Positions 11,102-24,361 of a DNA stretch of 38,569 nt are shown here, piece by piece. Made by a program: the position numbers and the translations under genes. The stretch is from positions 7,873-46,441 of the forward strand of contig CAXSES010000001.1 of assembly GCA_964236225.1 (NCBI GenBank). The letters are read 5' to 3'. This stretch comes from an uncultured Acetobacteraceae bacterium. Its GTDB lineage: Bacteria > Pseudomonadota > Alphaproteobacteria > Acetobacterales > Acetobacteraceae. Every line of letters starts with the position of its first letter. The stretch's first letter is position 1. The notes beneath the pieces were generated by a model. That model was given only the letters and a program-made list of their open reading frames with translations. It ran no database searches and was not told the DNA's origin.

Positions 11102-12348
11102 CAGCGGTCGATCTCGCCGAACACCAGGTCGAGCGACCCGATGCAGGCGACGGCGTCGGCGAGCATGTGCCGCTTGCTCATGAACTCCAGGGCCTGGAGG
11201 TGCGAGAACCCTGTCGGCCTGATCTTGCAGCGGTAGGGACGGTTGCTGCCGTCGGCGATCAGGTAGACGCCGAACTCTCCCTTTGGGCTCTCCGTGGCGG
11301 TGTAGGTGGCGCCCTTGGGCACGTGGAAACCTTCAGTGTACAGCTTGAAGTGGTGGATGAGCGCCTCCATCGAGCGCTTCATGTCCTCGCGCTTCGGGGC
11401 CGTGATCTTGTGGTCCTGCACCTTGATCGGGCCGGGCCGCATCCGGTCCAGGCACTGTCGCACGATGCGCACGCTCTCTCGCATCTCCTCGATGCGGACC
11501 AGGTAGCGGTCGTAGCAGTCGCCGTTGCGCGCCACGGGAATGTCGAACTCGACTTCTGCGTATTTGTCGTAAGGCTGGCTGCGGCGCAGGTCCCACGGCA
11601 GGCCGGAGGCGCGCAGGCACGGCCCGGAGAAGCCCCAGGCCAGCGCCTGCTCCGCGGTCATGACGCCGATGTCGACGGTGCGCTGCTTCCAGATGCGGTT
11701 GCCGGTCAGCAGCCCCGCGAGGTCGTCGACGAACTTCGGAAAGCTCTCGCACCACTCCGCGATCCGGTCCGCGAGGCCAGCCGGCATGTCCTTGGCCACG
11801 CCGCCCGGCCGGAAGTAGTTGGCGTGCATCCGCGCGCCGGAGACCTGCTCGTAGAACTCCATCAGCTTCTCGCGCTCCTCGTGCCCCCACAGCACAGGGG
11901 TGAGGGCGCCCACGTCGAGCGCGTAGGTCGTGATGTTGAGCAGGTGGTTCAGCACACGGGTGATCTCGGCGAACATCGTGCGTATCCACTGCGCCCGCTC
12001 CGGCGCCCGCACCCCCAGCAGCTTCTCCACTCCGAGCGCGAAAGTGTGCTCCATGCACATCGGCGAGACGTAGTCGAGCCGGTCGAAATACGGCAGGGCC
12101 TGCATGTAGGTCTTGTACTCGATCAGCTTCTCCGTGCCGCGGTGCAGCAGCCCGATATGCGGGTCCGCGCGCTCGACGACCTCGCCGTCCATCTCCACGA
12201 CCAGGCGCAGCACGCCGTGCGCCGCCGGATGCTGCGGGCCGAAATTCATCGCGTGGCCGTCGATCTCCACGGTCTTGCGCGTGCGCCCGGCCTGGGCGTT
12301 CGGCGCCGTGACCTCAGGAACGTCAGGCACCTCGACGAGTGCGCTCAT
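11101..12348 (-). CDS. nuoD: NADH-quinone oxidoreductase subunit D (49-kDa subunit)
   Basis: 415 aa from ATG 12348 (ATGA overlap with the nuoC stop). Motifs [36 protein letters not shown] and C-terminal VFGEIDR. The upstream part of track ORF 11101..12864 overlaps nuoC. Confidence 0.95.
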   Translation of the reverse strand: MSALVEVPDVPEVTAPNAQAGRTRKTVEIDGHAMNFGPQHPAAHGVLRLVVEMDGEVVERADPHIGLLHRGTEKLIEYKTYMQALPYFDRLDYVSPMCMEHTFALGVEKLLGVRAPERAQWIRTMFAEITRVLNHLLNITTYALDVGALTPVLWGHEEREKLMEFYEQVSGARMHANYFRPGGVAKDMPAGLADRIAEWCESFPKFVDDLAGLLTGNRIWKQRTVDIGVMTAEQALAWGFSGPCLRASGLPWDLRRSQPYDKYAEVEFDIPVARNGDCYDRYLVRIEEMRESVRIVRQCLDRMRPGPIKVQDHKITAPKREDMKRSMEALIHHFKLYTEGFHVPKGATYTATESPKGEFGVYLIADGSNRPYRCKIRPTGFSHLQALEFMSKRHMLADAVACIGSLDLVFGEIDR

Positions 12349-13076
12349 GGCTTGGCTCCCCCGGTCGGCGTGGCAGGCGCGTCCGGCGGCGCGAGGCCCG
12401 GGGCCGCCGCAGACGCGGACGCCCCCTGCCGCGCCACGTGCGCCTTCTCGTCGCCGGGAAGCGTGACCATGCCCTCCCACGGCGAGATGAAGTCGAAGTT
12501 GCGGAAATCCTGCGTCAGGCGGACGCGCTCGTTGACCACCTGCTTGCGCTCCTCGTCGTAGCGCACCTCGACATGGCCGGTCAGCGGAAAGTCCTTGCGC
12601 AGCGGGTGCCCCTCGAAGCCGTAATCGGTGAGGATGCGGCGGTGGTCCGGCTGCCCAGCGAACAGGATGCCGAACAGGTCCCAGGCCTCGCGCTCCCACC
12701 AGGTCGCCGACGGCCAGATCTCGTGCACCGAGGGCACCAGAGAGGCCTCGTCTGTGCGCACGATCACCCTGATGCGCTGGTTCAGCGACACCGACAGCAG
12801 GTTGTAGACGACCTCGAACCGCTCGGCGCGCTCCGGCCAGTCCACGCCGCAGATGTCCATGCACTGCTCGAAGGCGAAGCGCGGCTCATCCCGCAGGAAC
12901 ACCATCAGCGGCAGCAGCACGTCGCGCGAGGCATGCACCACCAACTCGCCGTGCTCAAGCGCCGCTGCGGAGACGCCGGCGATTCCGGTCGAGAGCAGCA
13001 CGCCCAGCGACTCCAGGCGCGCCACCTCGGCGGCCGACAACCCGCCCTGCGGGGCCGCCGGCAGGAAGCCGGTCAT
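12345..13076 (-). CDS. nuoC: NADH-quinone oxidoreductase subunit C (30-kDa subunit) with Ala/Pro-rich C-terminal tail
   Basis: Core motifs [49 protein letters not shown]. Start set at ATG 13076 ([10 protein letters not shown]...). GTG 13130, which overlaps the nuoB end, is an alternative. Confidence 0.85.
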   Translation of the reverse strand: MTGFLPAAPQGGLSAAEVARLESLGVLLSTGIAGVSAAALEHGELVVHASRDVLLPLMVFLRDEPRFAFEQCMDICGVDWPERAERFEVVYNLLSVSLNQRIRVIVRTDEASLVPSVHEIWPSATWWEREAWDLFGILFAGQPDHRRILTDYGFEGHPLRKDFPLTGHVEVRYDEERKQVVNERVRLTQDFRNFDFISPWEGMVTLPGDEKAHVARQGASASAAAPGLAPPDAPATPTGGAKP

Positions 13077-13122
13077 CGTGCGGTCGGCGGCCTTGACGCC
13101 CGCCGGCTTGCCGGCCTCACCC

Positions 13123-13713
13123 TCAGCCACGCAGGATCGTCCCGGTGCGGCGGATCTTCTTCTGGAGCTGCATGATGCCGTACACCAGCGCTTCCGCCGT
13201 GGGCGGGCAGCCCGGCACATAGATGTCGACCGGCACCACCCGGTCGCAGCCGCGCACCACCGAATAGGAATAATGGTAGTAGCCGCCGCCATTGGCGCAC
13301 GACCCCATCGAGATCACCCAGCGCGGCTCCGGCATCTGGTCGTAGACCTTGCGCAGCGCGGGCGCCATCTTGTTGGTCAGCGTGCCGGAGACGATCATCA
13401 CGTCGCTTTGCCGCGGGCTGGCGCGGGGAATGACCCCGAAGCGGTCCAGGTCGAAGCGCGGCATGTAGGCGTGGATCATCTCCACGGCGCAGCACGCCAG
13501 GCCGAACGTCATCGGCCACAGGCTGCCGGTGCGCGCCCAGTTCACCAGCTTGTCGACGTTGGCGACCACGTAGCCCTTGTCAGTGATCTCGCCGGTGATG
13601 CCGCGCACCACCGCGTCCTGCTCCACGCCAGGCGCCAGCGCCTCGCGGTTCCAGGCGATCGCCACGTCTGAGCCCGCCATCCCGGGGCGCTGCGTCTCAG
13701 AGGCCACACTCAT
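13123..13713 (-). CDS. nuoB: NADH-quinone oxidoreductase subunit B (PSST subunit)
   Basis: Motifs [28 protein letters not shown] and [10 protein letters not shown]. Start set at ATG 13713, the first ATG downstream of the nuoA stop (13772). Confidence 0.9.
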   Translation of the reverse strand: MSVASETQRPGMAGSDVAIAWNREALAPGVEQDAVVRGITGEITDKGYVVANVDKLVNWARTGSLWPMTFGLACCAVEMIHAYMPRFDLDRFGVIPRASPRQSDVMIVSGTLTNKMAPALRKVYDQMPEPRWVISMGSCANGGGYYHYSYSVVRGCDRVVPVDIYVPGCPPTAEALVYGIMQLQKKIRRTGTILRG

Positions 13714-13771
13714 CGTGCCATTCCCACCAGTTCCATCCCGCAAGGCCCGCCCGCCGGTCGCCGCTGTCGCG

Positions 13772-14137
13772 TCACTGCCAGTCGAGCGCGCCCTTGCACC
13801 ACTCATAGATGAACCCGACCGTCAGCACGGCAAGGAACGCCATCATCGAGAAGAAGCCGAACACGCCGATATGCGAAAGGCTGACCGCCCAGGGGAACAG
13901 GAACGCCACCTCAAGGTCGAAGATGATGAACAGGATCGCCACCAGGTAGAACCGCACGTCGAAGCGGCGGCGCGCGTCGTCGAACGGCTCGAACCCGCAC
14001 TCGTAGGCCGACAGCTTCTCGGCGTACGGCTTCTGCCGCGCCGCCAGCAGCGAGCCGCCCAGCATCACGCCCGCGATCACCGCGGCCAGCACGAGGAAGA
14101 TCGCGATCGGGAAGTAGTTGGCCAGCAGCGCCTGCAT
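13772..14137 (-). CDS. nuoA: NADH-quinone oxidoreductase subunit A
   Basis: 121 aa from ATG 14137, which is preceded by GGAGG with a 5-nt spacer. ND3 motifs YECGFEPF and [19 protein letters not shown]. Confidence 0.9.
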   Translation of the reverse strand: MQALLANYFPIAIFLVLAAVIAGVMLGGSLLAARQKPYAEKLSAYECGFEPFDDARRRFDVRFYLVAILFIIFDLEVAFLFPWAVSLSHIGVFGFFSMMAFLAVLTVGFIYEWCKGALDWQ

Positions 14138-14232
14138 GGCAGCCTCCATGGTGGTCCGACACGCTGCACCGCAGCAGCGGGACACTACGCGGGAATCGGG
14201 CGGGTCGCCAGAGAGGTGCGCGGGGGAAAGGA

Positions 14233-14353
14233 AGGCAAGGCCGGGCTCTGCCCGGACCCGCCAGGGGCGAGCCGCCCCTGGACCAGCCTGACTTAAGTAG
14301 TGGATTCCAAAGGCCTGCCTTTGGCGGAGTTTGAGGCAGAGCCTCGACCTTGC
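14233..14353. repeat. Mosaic multi-hairpin repeat R4 (between nuoA upstream region and tRNA-Asp)
   Basis: GGCAAGGCCGGGCTCTGCCCGGACCCGCCAGGGGCGAGCCGCCCCTGGACC..CTTAAG..GGATTCCAAAGGCCTGCCTTTGGCGGAGTTTGAGGCAGAGCCTCGACCTTGC. It ends 14 nt from the tRNA-Asp 3' end. Confidence 0.88.
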
Positions 14354-14366
14354 TTACCCGGCTGCG

Positions 14367-14443
<77 letters not shown>

Positions 14444-14520
14444 AGCGCCGCGTCGTGTATGGCCCGCGTGGCGACCCGTCAACCCGTGATCTGCGGGCCT
14501 CCAGGGCACCGCGTCGGGAA

Positions 14521-14592
14521 TGGGCGGTGACGGGATCGAACCGCCGACCCTCTCGGTGTAAACGAGACGCTCTGCCGCTGAGCTAACCGCCC
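14521..14592 (-). tRNA. tRNA-Val (anticodon TAC), CCA not encoded
   Basis: 72 nt. Acceptor GGGCGGT/ACCGCCC, D arm GCTC..GAGC, anticodon stem TCTCG/CGAGA with loop TTTACAC, T loop TTCGATC, discriminator A followed by TTC rather than CCA. Confidence 0.88.
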
Positions 14593-14885
14593 CCGGGCAA
14601 GCCGTCGGATGCGACCCCGACCACCTGCTTGAAGATGCGCGCCGGCTTGAACCGCACCGAGCTGGTCTCCGGCAGGTCGATCACCTCCCCGGTGCGCGGG
14701 TTGCGGCCCTTGGCCGCCTTGCGCCGCGTCGGCATGAAGGTGCCGAAGCCGCTCAGCCTGACCTCGCGCCCGCCCTGCAGGGCGGCCTCGATCGCCGCCA
14801 GCGCCGCCTCCACCGCCTCGCCGGCCTTGGCACGCGGCAGGTCGGCGGCCACGGCCACCGCATCCACAAGCTCCGCCCTGTTCAT
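14583..14885 (-). CDS. hup: HU family DNA-binding protein
   Basis: 100 aa from ATG 14885: MNRAELVDAVAVAADLPRAKAGEAVEAALAAIEAALQGGREVRLSGFGTFMPTRRKAAKGRNPRTGEVIDLP, with the HU signature GFGTF...GRNPRTGE. The stop TAG at 14585-14583 lies inside tRNA-Val. Confidence 0.9.
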   Translation of the reverse strand: MNRAELVDAVAVAADLPRAKAGEAVEAALAAIEAALQGGREVRLSGFGTFMPTRRKAAKGRNPRTGEVIDLPETSSVRFKPARIFKQVVGVASDGLPGGG

Positions 14886-14976
14886 TCCGCCCCTGCTCCT
14901 GCCGCACATCCCGGACCGGAGCACGCGACAGGCCGGCCCGTCCACCCTGACCAGCCAACCCGATGACGCCATCAAG

Positions 14977-15024
14977 CCGGCCCGATGGCTCCATCGGTCC
15001 GGCCCGATGGAGCCATCGGGCCGG
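14977..15024 (-). terminator. Long GC-rich palindrome downstream of lon (candidate terminator)
   Basis: CCGGCCCGATGGCTCCATCGGTCCGGCCCGATGGAGCCATCGGGCCGG. CCCGATGGCTCCATCGG pairs perfectly with CCGATGGAGCCATCGGG (17 bp), and each half is also self-complementary. It begins 12 nt after the lon stop. No U-tract follows. Confidence 0.5.
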
Positions 15025-15035
15025 ACCATCACGCT

Positions 15036-17765
<2,730 letters not shown>

Positions 17766-18008
17766 GGCAGGACCTCCATCAAGGACAGTCAAGGTCGCGC
17801 GCCGCCCGCTCTGGCACGGGCGCGTCCTCTGGGGCAACGCCCCGCAGCATACCGATATCGTCGGCCTCGCAGCGGGGAACAAGGTCCGGCTCCCGGCCGC
17901 CTCCGGGATCGCCGGCACGGGAGGCGGGGAGCTGGCATCCGGCCGAGGCATGAACCGGCAAAGGCGTGGACCAGCAGGAGCATGGACCGGCAGAGGCGTG
18001 GGGAAAGG

Positions 18009-19262
<1,254 letters not shown>

Positions 19263-19539
19263 CTTCGTGCACACTCCTGCCAGGCGCGCCAGGGCTCGCA
19301 CCTGGGATCGTCCCGCAATATACGCCCGCGCCCGCGAAACGGACAAGGGAGGGTACCGGAACCGGCCCGGATGCCGCGCCGGCAGATATGGGCGTGCTTA
19401 CGTCCCTGCACCATGGGCGATCCGCCGGGGCGGGCGATGTCGCCCGGACGCCGGCGCCGAGACGCCTGGCCGACGCGCGATCCGTCCCGGCCGGAACCGG
19501 TCCGCGGCCATGCCAACCGGCATGGCGGGGCCGAAATCG

Positions 19540-20187
19540 TCAGACCTTGATCGCGTCGTCGCTTGGCGCCGCGGGGCGGTTCTCCACCACCTCGTCGATC
19601 AGCCCGAATGCCAGAGCCTCGTGGGCCGACATGTAGCTGTCGCGCTCCAGCTTCTCCTCGATCGCCTCCAGGCTCTGCCCGGTGTGACGCTCGTAGATCT
19701 CGTTGAGCTGCTGGCGGAGGTGCAGGATCTCCTTGGCCTGGATCTCGATGTCCGACGCCTGGCCCTGCGCGCCGCCGGAGGGCTGGTGCACCATGACCCG
19801 GGCGTTGGGCAGGCAGTAGCGCTTGCCCTTCTGGCCGGCCGCGAGCAGCAGCGAGCCCATGGACGCGGCCTGGCCGATGCACACCGTGCTCACCGGGCTT
19901 CGGATGTACTGCATGGTGTCGTAGATCGCGAGGCCGGCGGAGACCACGCCGCCCGGGCTGTTGATGTAGAACGAGATGTCCTTGTTCGGGTTCTCGCTTT
20001 CCAGGAACAGCAACTGCGCGGAGATCAGCGCGCTCACCCCGTCATAGACCGGGCCGGTTAGGAAGATGATCCGCTCCTTGAGCAGCCTGGAGAAGATGTC
20101 GTACGAGCGCTCGCCCCGGGCGGTCTGCTCGACCACCATGGGGATCAGCGAGCTGTTGTAGACCTCGACGGGATCGCGATCCCTCAT
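19540..20187 (-). CDS. clpP: ATP-dependent Clp protease proteolytic subunit ClpP
   Basis: Core [31 protein letters not shown]. Start at ATG 20187 (AAGGA 8 nt upstream). ATG 20196 is the alternative. Confidence 0.93.
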   Translation of the reverse strand: MRDRDPVEVYNSSLIPMVVEQTARGERSYDIFSRLLKERIIFLTGPVYDGVSALISAQLLFLESENPNKDISFYINSPGGVVSAGLAIYDTMQYIRSPVSTVCIGQAASMGSLLLAAGQKGKRYCLPNARVMVHQPSGGAQGQASDIEIQAKEILHLRQQLNEIYERHTGQSLEAIEEKLERDSYMSAHEALAFGLIDEVVENRPAAPSDDAIKV

Positions 20188-20288
20188 TCTCTGCATCCTT
20201 GGGAAGGGACGGCTCCCGGTGCGGGACGCGCCATCATGAACCCTGCACAGATTAGGCCACGCCGGGGCCACGTCCAGGGGGAAGGAAG

Positions 20289-20443
20289 CCAAGGCCAGGG
20301 GCTCTGCCCCCATGCCTCAAGAGCCGGACCCCGCCCAAGGCTCGCCCTTGGAAATCCCGACCAGAGCCCTGCTCACATGCGCCGGTCCAGGGGCGCCGCC
20401 CCTGGCGGAGTCCCGCTTTTGGGGCAGCGCCCCCGGCCTTGCC
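20289..20443. repeat. Mosaic multi-hairpin repeat R5 (tig-clpP spacer)
   Basis: AAGGCCAGGGGCTCTGCCCCC, an insert, then GGACCCCGCC, CCAAGGCTCGCCCTTGG, CCAGGGGCGCCGCCCCTGGCGGAGTCC and GGGGCAGCGCCCCCGGCCTTGCC. It ends 4 nt before the tig stop. Confidence 0.8.
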
Positions 20444-20447
20444 CGCC

Positions 20448-21788
20448 TCAGGCGGCCTCGACGTCCGCCGCCAGCTCCTCCGGCGTGACCACCCTGTCCT
20501 CGATCTTCGCCAGCTCCAGGATGTAGTCCACGACCTTGTCCTCGAAGATCGGCCCGCGCAGCGTGTCCGACGCCTGGGGGTTCTTGCGGAAGAACTCCAT
20601 CACCTGCGCCTCCTGACCGGGATAGCGCCCGGCCTCCTGGCGCATGGCGCGCACCATCTCGTCCGGCGCCACGGTGACGCCGGCGCCGCGCCCCGCCTCG
20701 CTCAGCAGCAGCCCCAGCCGCACCCGGCGCTCGGCGATGCCGCGGTACTCGGCGCGCAGCACCTCGGGGTCCTTGCCCGCGTCCTCGTCGTCGCCGCGCC
20801 CGGCCTTCATGTCGGCCTCCACGCGATCCCAGATCTGGCGGAACTCGGACTCCACCAGAGTCTCGGGTGCCGCGAACGACGCCCGCTCTGCCAGCGCGTC
20901 GAGCAGCTTGCGCTTGAGGCGCATTCGGCTCATCCCGTCGTACTCGCGCTGCATCTGCCCGGCGAGCACCTCGCGCAGCTTGTCCATGCCCTCGTCGAAG
21001 CCGAGCTTGTGCGCCAGCGCGTCGTCGAGCGGCGCGTCCACCCCGACCTTGATCGCCTTGCAGTCGATGTCGAACGTGGCGTCACGGCCGGCGAGCGACG
21101 CCTCCTGGTACTCGGCGGGGAAGGTCACGCTGATCACGCGGTGCTCGCCCGGGCGCATGCCCTCCATCTGCTCGGAGAAGCCGGGGATGAAGCCGGCGGC
21201 CCCGATCTCGACGCTCATGTCCTGGCCGGCGCCGCGCTCGAACGCAACGCCGTCCACCTTGCCCAGGAAGTCCACGGTGAGCACGTCGCCGGCCTGCGCG
21301 CCGCGGTCCTCCGTCATCTCGACCAGCTCGCGCTGCCTCTTCGCGATCTCGCCCAGCGCCTTGTCGATCGACTCCGGCGTCGGCTCGGCCTTCAGACGCT
21401 CCAGGCTCAGCTCCGCGAAGTCGGGCAGCGCGATCTCGGGCAGCAGCTCCATGTCGACGGTGAATTCCAGGTCGGCCGCCGTCGGGCCCGGCTCCAGCGT
21501 GCTCTTCAGCTCGATCCTTGGCTGGCCCACGGGGCGCAGGCCGCGTTCGGTCAGCACCTGGCGGGTGGCGTCGTCCACGCTCTGCTGCAGCACCTCGGCC
21601 ATCACCTCGCGGCCGTAGCGCTGCCGCACCACGCCGGTGGGCACCTTGCCGGGCCGGAAGCCCGGCAGGCGCAGGGTGCGCGCCAGCTCGCCCAGCCGGG
21701 CGGCCCGCTTGCCCTCGATGTCGGAGGCCGGCACCACCACGGTGTAGCCGCGGCGAAGGCCTTCGGAGAGCGTTTCGGTGACCTGCAT
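20448..21788 (-). CDS. tig: Trigger factor
   Basis: 446 aa from ATG 21788 (MQVTETLSEGLRRGYTVVV...) with the ribosome-docking motif GFRPGKVP. It sits upstream of clpP-clpX-lon as in many bacteria. Confidence 0.92.
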   Translation of the reverse strand: MQVTETLSEGLRRGYTVVVPASDIEGKRAARLGELARTLRLPGFRPGKVPTGVVRQRYGREVMAEVLQQSVDDATRQVLTERGLRPVGQPRIELKSTLEPGPTAADLEFTVDMELLPEIALPDFAELSLERLKAEPTPESIDKALGEIAKRQRELVEMTEDRGAQAGDVLTVDFLGKVDGVAFERGAGQDMSVEIGAAGFIPGFSEQMEGMRPGEHRVISVTFPAEYQEASLAGRDATFDIDCKAIKVGVDAPLDDALAHKLGFDEGMDKLREVLAGQMQREYDGMSRMRLKRKLLDALAERASFAAPETLVESEFRQIWDRVEADMKAGRGDDEDAGKDPEVLRAEYRGIAERRVRLGLLLSEAGRGAGVTVAPDEMVRAMRQEAGRYPGQEAQVMEFFRKNPQASDTLRGPIFEDKVVDYILELAKIEDRVVTPEELAADVEAA

Positions 21789-21827
21789 CGGCCGGGGAAC
21801 TTTCCTCGTTGCGGCCCGGACGACGGC

Positions 21828-21912
<85 letters not shown>

Positions 21913-22063
21913 CCGCACGCCCGAAGCCCTGGACAAGCCGCGGGTCCTAGCGCAGGGCGGGCCGAGGGACAAGCCAGGGACGCGGTTCGGGCGCACCGTG
22001 GAAGGACTAGGGCGGACCCTGCCGGCACGTCCGTCCGGCCTCACGCCAGCCAGGACCCGCATG

Positions 22064-22115
22064 CTTGAAGGAATGGCTTTTGACGGGCCTGGGCAGAGCC
22101 CGATCTTTAGGGACC
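22064..22115. repeat. Degenerate fragment of the mosaic repeat
   Basis: CTTGAAGGAATGG...GCCTGGGCAGAGCCCGATC resembles the CTTAAGGAATGG centre plus a decayed CAGAG-loop hairpin. Confidence 0.35.
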
Positions 22116-22164
22116 CTGATGGGTGCGTGTCATACCGACAATGCCGGACATCAACCTGCCAGGA

Positions 22165-22284
22165 AGCAAGGCTGGGCTCTGCCCAGACCCGCCAGGGGGA
22201 GCCCCCCTGGACCGGCCTTACTTAAGGAATGGATTCCAAAGGCCTGCCTTTGGCGGAGTTTGAGGCAGAGCCTCAACCTTGCCT
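22165..22284. repeat. Mosaic multi-hairpin repeat R6 (downstream of GlsB-family gene)
   Basis: Collinear with R4 over about 120 bp and roughly nine tenths identical by eye. This includes an identical 42-nt run ATTCCAAAGGCCTGCCTTTGGCGGAGTTTGAGGCAGAGCCTC. Confidence 0.88.
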
Positions 22285-22316
22285 GCCTGACTGGTCACAC
22301 TCAAAGGCCGCTGGCG

Positions 22317-22574
22317 TCAGAGGGCACGTCGGCCGGCAACGGCGTGGTAGATCACCAGGACCACGATCGCGCCGATCACCGCGACCACCAGGCTGTAGAT
22401 GTTGAGGCCGGTAACTCCGACCGCCCCGATCGCGTTGAAGATGAAGCCGCCGACCACGGCGCCCACGACGCCAAGCACGATGTCGAGGACCAGGCCCTGC
22501 CCGGATCGGTTGACGATCTTGCTGCCGATGAAGCCGGCGATGAGTCCCAGGATGATCCAGGCGATGATTGACAT
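22317..22574 (-). CDS. GlsB/YeaQ/YmgE family small stress-response membrane protein
   Basis: 85 aa, three hydrophobic Gly-rich helices: MSIIAWIILGLIAGFIGSKIVNRSGQGLVLDIVLGVVGAVVGGFIF. Confidence 0.85.
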   Translation of the reverse strand: MSIIAWIILGLIAGFIGSKIVNRSGQGLVLDIVLGVVGAVVGGFIFNAIGAVGVTGLNIYSLVVAVIGAIVVLVIYHAVAGRRAL

Positions 22575-22711
22575 GGCAGTCTCCGAGTCACGCGCCGCGC
22601 AGACATCGCCGAGCGGGCCGGTGTTGCAGGAATCAGTAGGACAGCGTTGAGCATGGGCGCCGTGCAGGGCACGGAACCGTCAGGGCAGGATGCGGATGGG
22701 GGGGCGGTCGG

Positions 22712-22741
22712 GTCGGCGACGGGACGATGCCCGCCGCCGAC
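22712..22741 (-). terminator. Hairpin downstream of the YflT-like gene (candidate terminator)
   Basis: On the minus strand GTCGGCGGCGG-GCATCGTC-CCGTCGCCGAC forms an 11-bp stem with one G-U. It starts 8 nt after the stop at 22750. No U-tract follows. Confidence 0.35.
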
Positions 22742-22749
22742 GTTTCCGA

Positions 22750-23430
22750 TCAGAGGTTGCGGTAGCGCTCGCGCGAGGCCGCGATCTCGGCCTCGGTCAT
22801 CGCGGGGGCGGCGACATCATGCCTGTCCCAGCCTTCGGCCTGGTAGGAGGCGCGCAGCGAGTTGGTGTTGAGGCTGCCCTGCCCGTTCATCACGGACTCG
22901 ATCTGGGCGGCGTCAGCATCGTCGGCCTGGACGCTGACCAGGGTGCCGCCGCGGCGCACGCCCTCGGAGTAGACGTGGGCGTCGTTCTCGCTGACGCCTG
23001 CGCCGGTCAACATGCCCAGCAGGCCGCCCGCGCCCGCGCCAACGCCCGCGCCGGTCAGGGTCGCGACCAGCCAGCCGGCGGCGACCACGGGGCCGACGCC
23101 GGGAATGGCGAGCGCGCCGATGCCGGCGAGCAGGCCGGCGCCGCCGCCGAGCACCGTGCCAAGGCTGGCGCCCGTCGCTGTGCCCGCGCCCTCGTTGGTG
23201 GTCGGCGCCACGCTGTCGGGGTCGCCGGTGCCGAGGCGGGTGCCGGTGGTGCCCGTCGTGCCAGTGCCCGTCGTGCCGGTGCCCATCGTGCCCGAGGTGG
23301 CGCCGGAGGACTGGCTGTTGGCGACGAGGCTGATCCGGTCGTGGGCGATGCCATGCGCCTCGAGCGCATTCACCACGGTCACGGCGTCGTCATAGCTGTT
23401 GTAGAGATGGGTGATCGTCCGCATCGCCAT
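22750..23430 (-). CDS. YflT/general-stress-protein-17M-like protein with Thr/Gly-rich linker and glycine-zipper segment
   Basis: 226 aa from ATG 23430 (AGGAG 7 nt upstream). The N-terminus MAMRTITHLYNSYDDAVTVVNALEAHGIAHDRISLVAN resembles the YflT domain. The C-terminal block is SENDAHVYSEGVRRGGTLVSVQADDA. The central segment GGGAGLLAGIGALAIPGVGPVVAAGWL is hydrophobic and Gly-rich. Confidence 0.65.
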   Translation of the reverse strand: MAMRTITHLYNSYDDAVTVVNALEAHGIAHDRISLVANSQSSGATSGTMGTGTTGTGTTGTTGTRLGTGDPDSVAPTTNEGAGTATGASLGTVLGGGAGLLAGIGALAIPGVGPVVAAGWLVATLTGAGVGAGAGGLLGMLTGAGVSENDAHVYSEGVRRGGTLVSVQADDADAAQIESVMNGQGSLNTNSLRASYQAEGWDRHDVAAPAMTEAEIAASRERYRNL

Positions 23431-23500
23431 CGAATTGCTCCTGATACTTGGTTGCTCGGGTAGAGCGTTCGCCCCCGGGTCGAGGGCGGACATGGCCTGG

Positions 23501-23992
23501 CTACTGCGCGTCGCCGGCGCCGGCGTTCCCCTTGTAGTCCAGCCACACCGCGGTGGCCGCGCCGTCATGCGTGGCCTGGCCACGCCATACGCCGTTGGTG
23601 TCCTTCTTCAGGCCGGAGACCTGGCTAAACCCGCGCGCCGCGAGCCGGCGGCGGACCTCTCCGCGCGTGAAGGAGTTGGCGCCATGCGCGGGCGTCGTGG
23701 CGTTCGCCGGGGTGGTGACGACGGCCTGGTTGTCATTGCCCGAGGCGGCCGCGGTGCCGGACGGAGTGCCTGGGACCATGCCGGATGCGGTGCCCTGGCC
23801 GGCGGGCGCCGCCATGCCGGTGGTCCGGCCGGTCGTGCCCATGCCGGTGCCGGCGGTGCCCATGCCGGTGCCGGTGGTGCCCGTCCCGGTGGTGTTCTGG
23901 GTGGAGGTGGTCTGGGCCAGGGCAAGGCCGGGCGCGAGGGCGAGCGCGGCGGACAGGGCGGCTGCGGCGAGACCGTGTGCTGCGGGTTTCAT
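23501..23992 (-). CDS. Secreted small protein, Thr/Gly-rich, with PepSY-like C-terminal domain
   Basis: 163 aa from ATG 23992 (GGAGG 5 nt upstream). Signal peptide MKPAAHGLAAAALSAALALAPGLALAQ. C-terminus ANSFTRGEVRRRLAARGFSQVSGLKKDTNGVWRGQATHDGAATAVWLDYKGN. Confidence 0.6.
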   Translation of the reverse strand: MKPAAHGLAAAALSAALALAPGLALAQTTSTQNTTGTGTTGTGMGTAGTGMGTTGRTTGMAAPAGQGTASGMVPGTPSGTAAASGNDNQAVVTTPANATTPAHGANSFTRGEVRRRLAARGFSQVSGLKKDTNGVWRGQATHDGAATAVWLDYKGNAGAGDAQ

Positions 23993-24361
23993 AGTGCCTC
24001 CAGATTCTGGTTCGGAGCAGCACACGGCGTGCGGCCCCGGTTTGCGGTGTCGTGCCGCGGGACAGGGCGTCCCAACGGGATATCCGTCACGACCCCGGCT
24101 GGGGTCGCACGCGACGGAACGCGCCCGCGCCGCCGTCGTTGCCGTGCCTCGTGCCACGGACGCGAGCCTGACCCGAGGCCGTGGCTTCCAGGCACAATGG
24201 CCTCGATGGTCTCCCCGCCGCCCCGCTTGCGCAGGGACAGGCAGGCAGCGGGACTACGCTTGCGGGCACCAAACGTTGCGCAGTATTCACCAGAAACGCG
24301 ATCCGCCGTCAAATAGACCAGCGATCCAATACTTTTGCACCAGTGCGGCGTGAGGTTCGCA

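Noticed and set aside
17850-17884. Sigma32-type heat-shock promoter upstream of lon (minus strand CTTG...CGATATC)
   Set aside because: CTTG is present, but the spacing (18-19 nt) and the -10 match to CYTATNT are poor. This cannot be supported from sequence alone.
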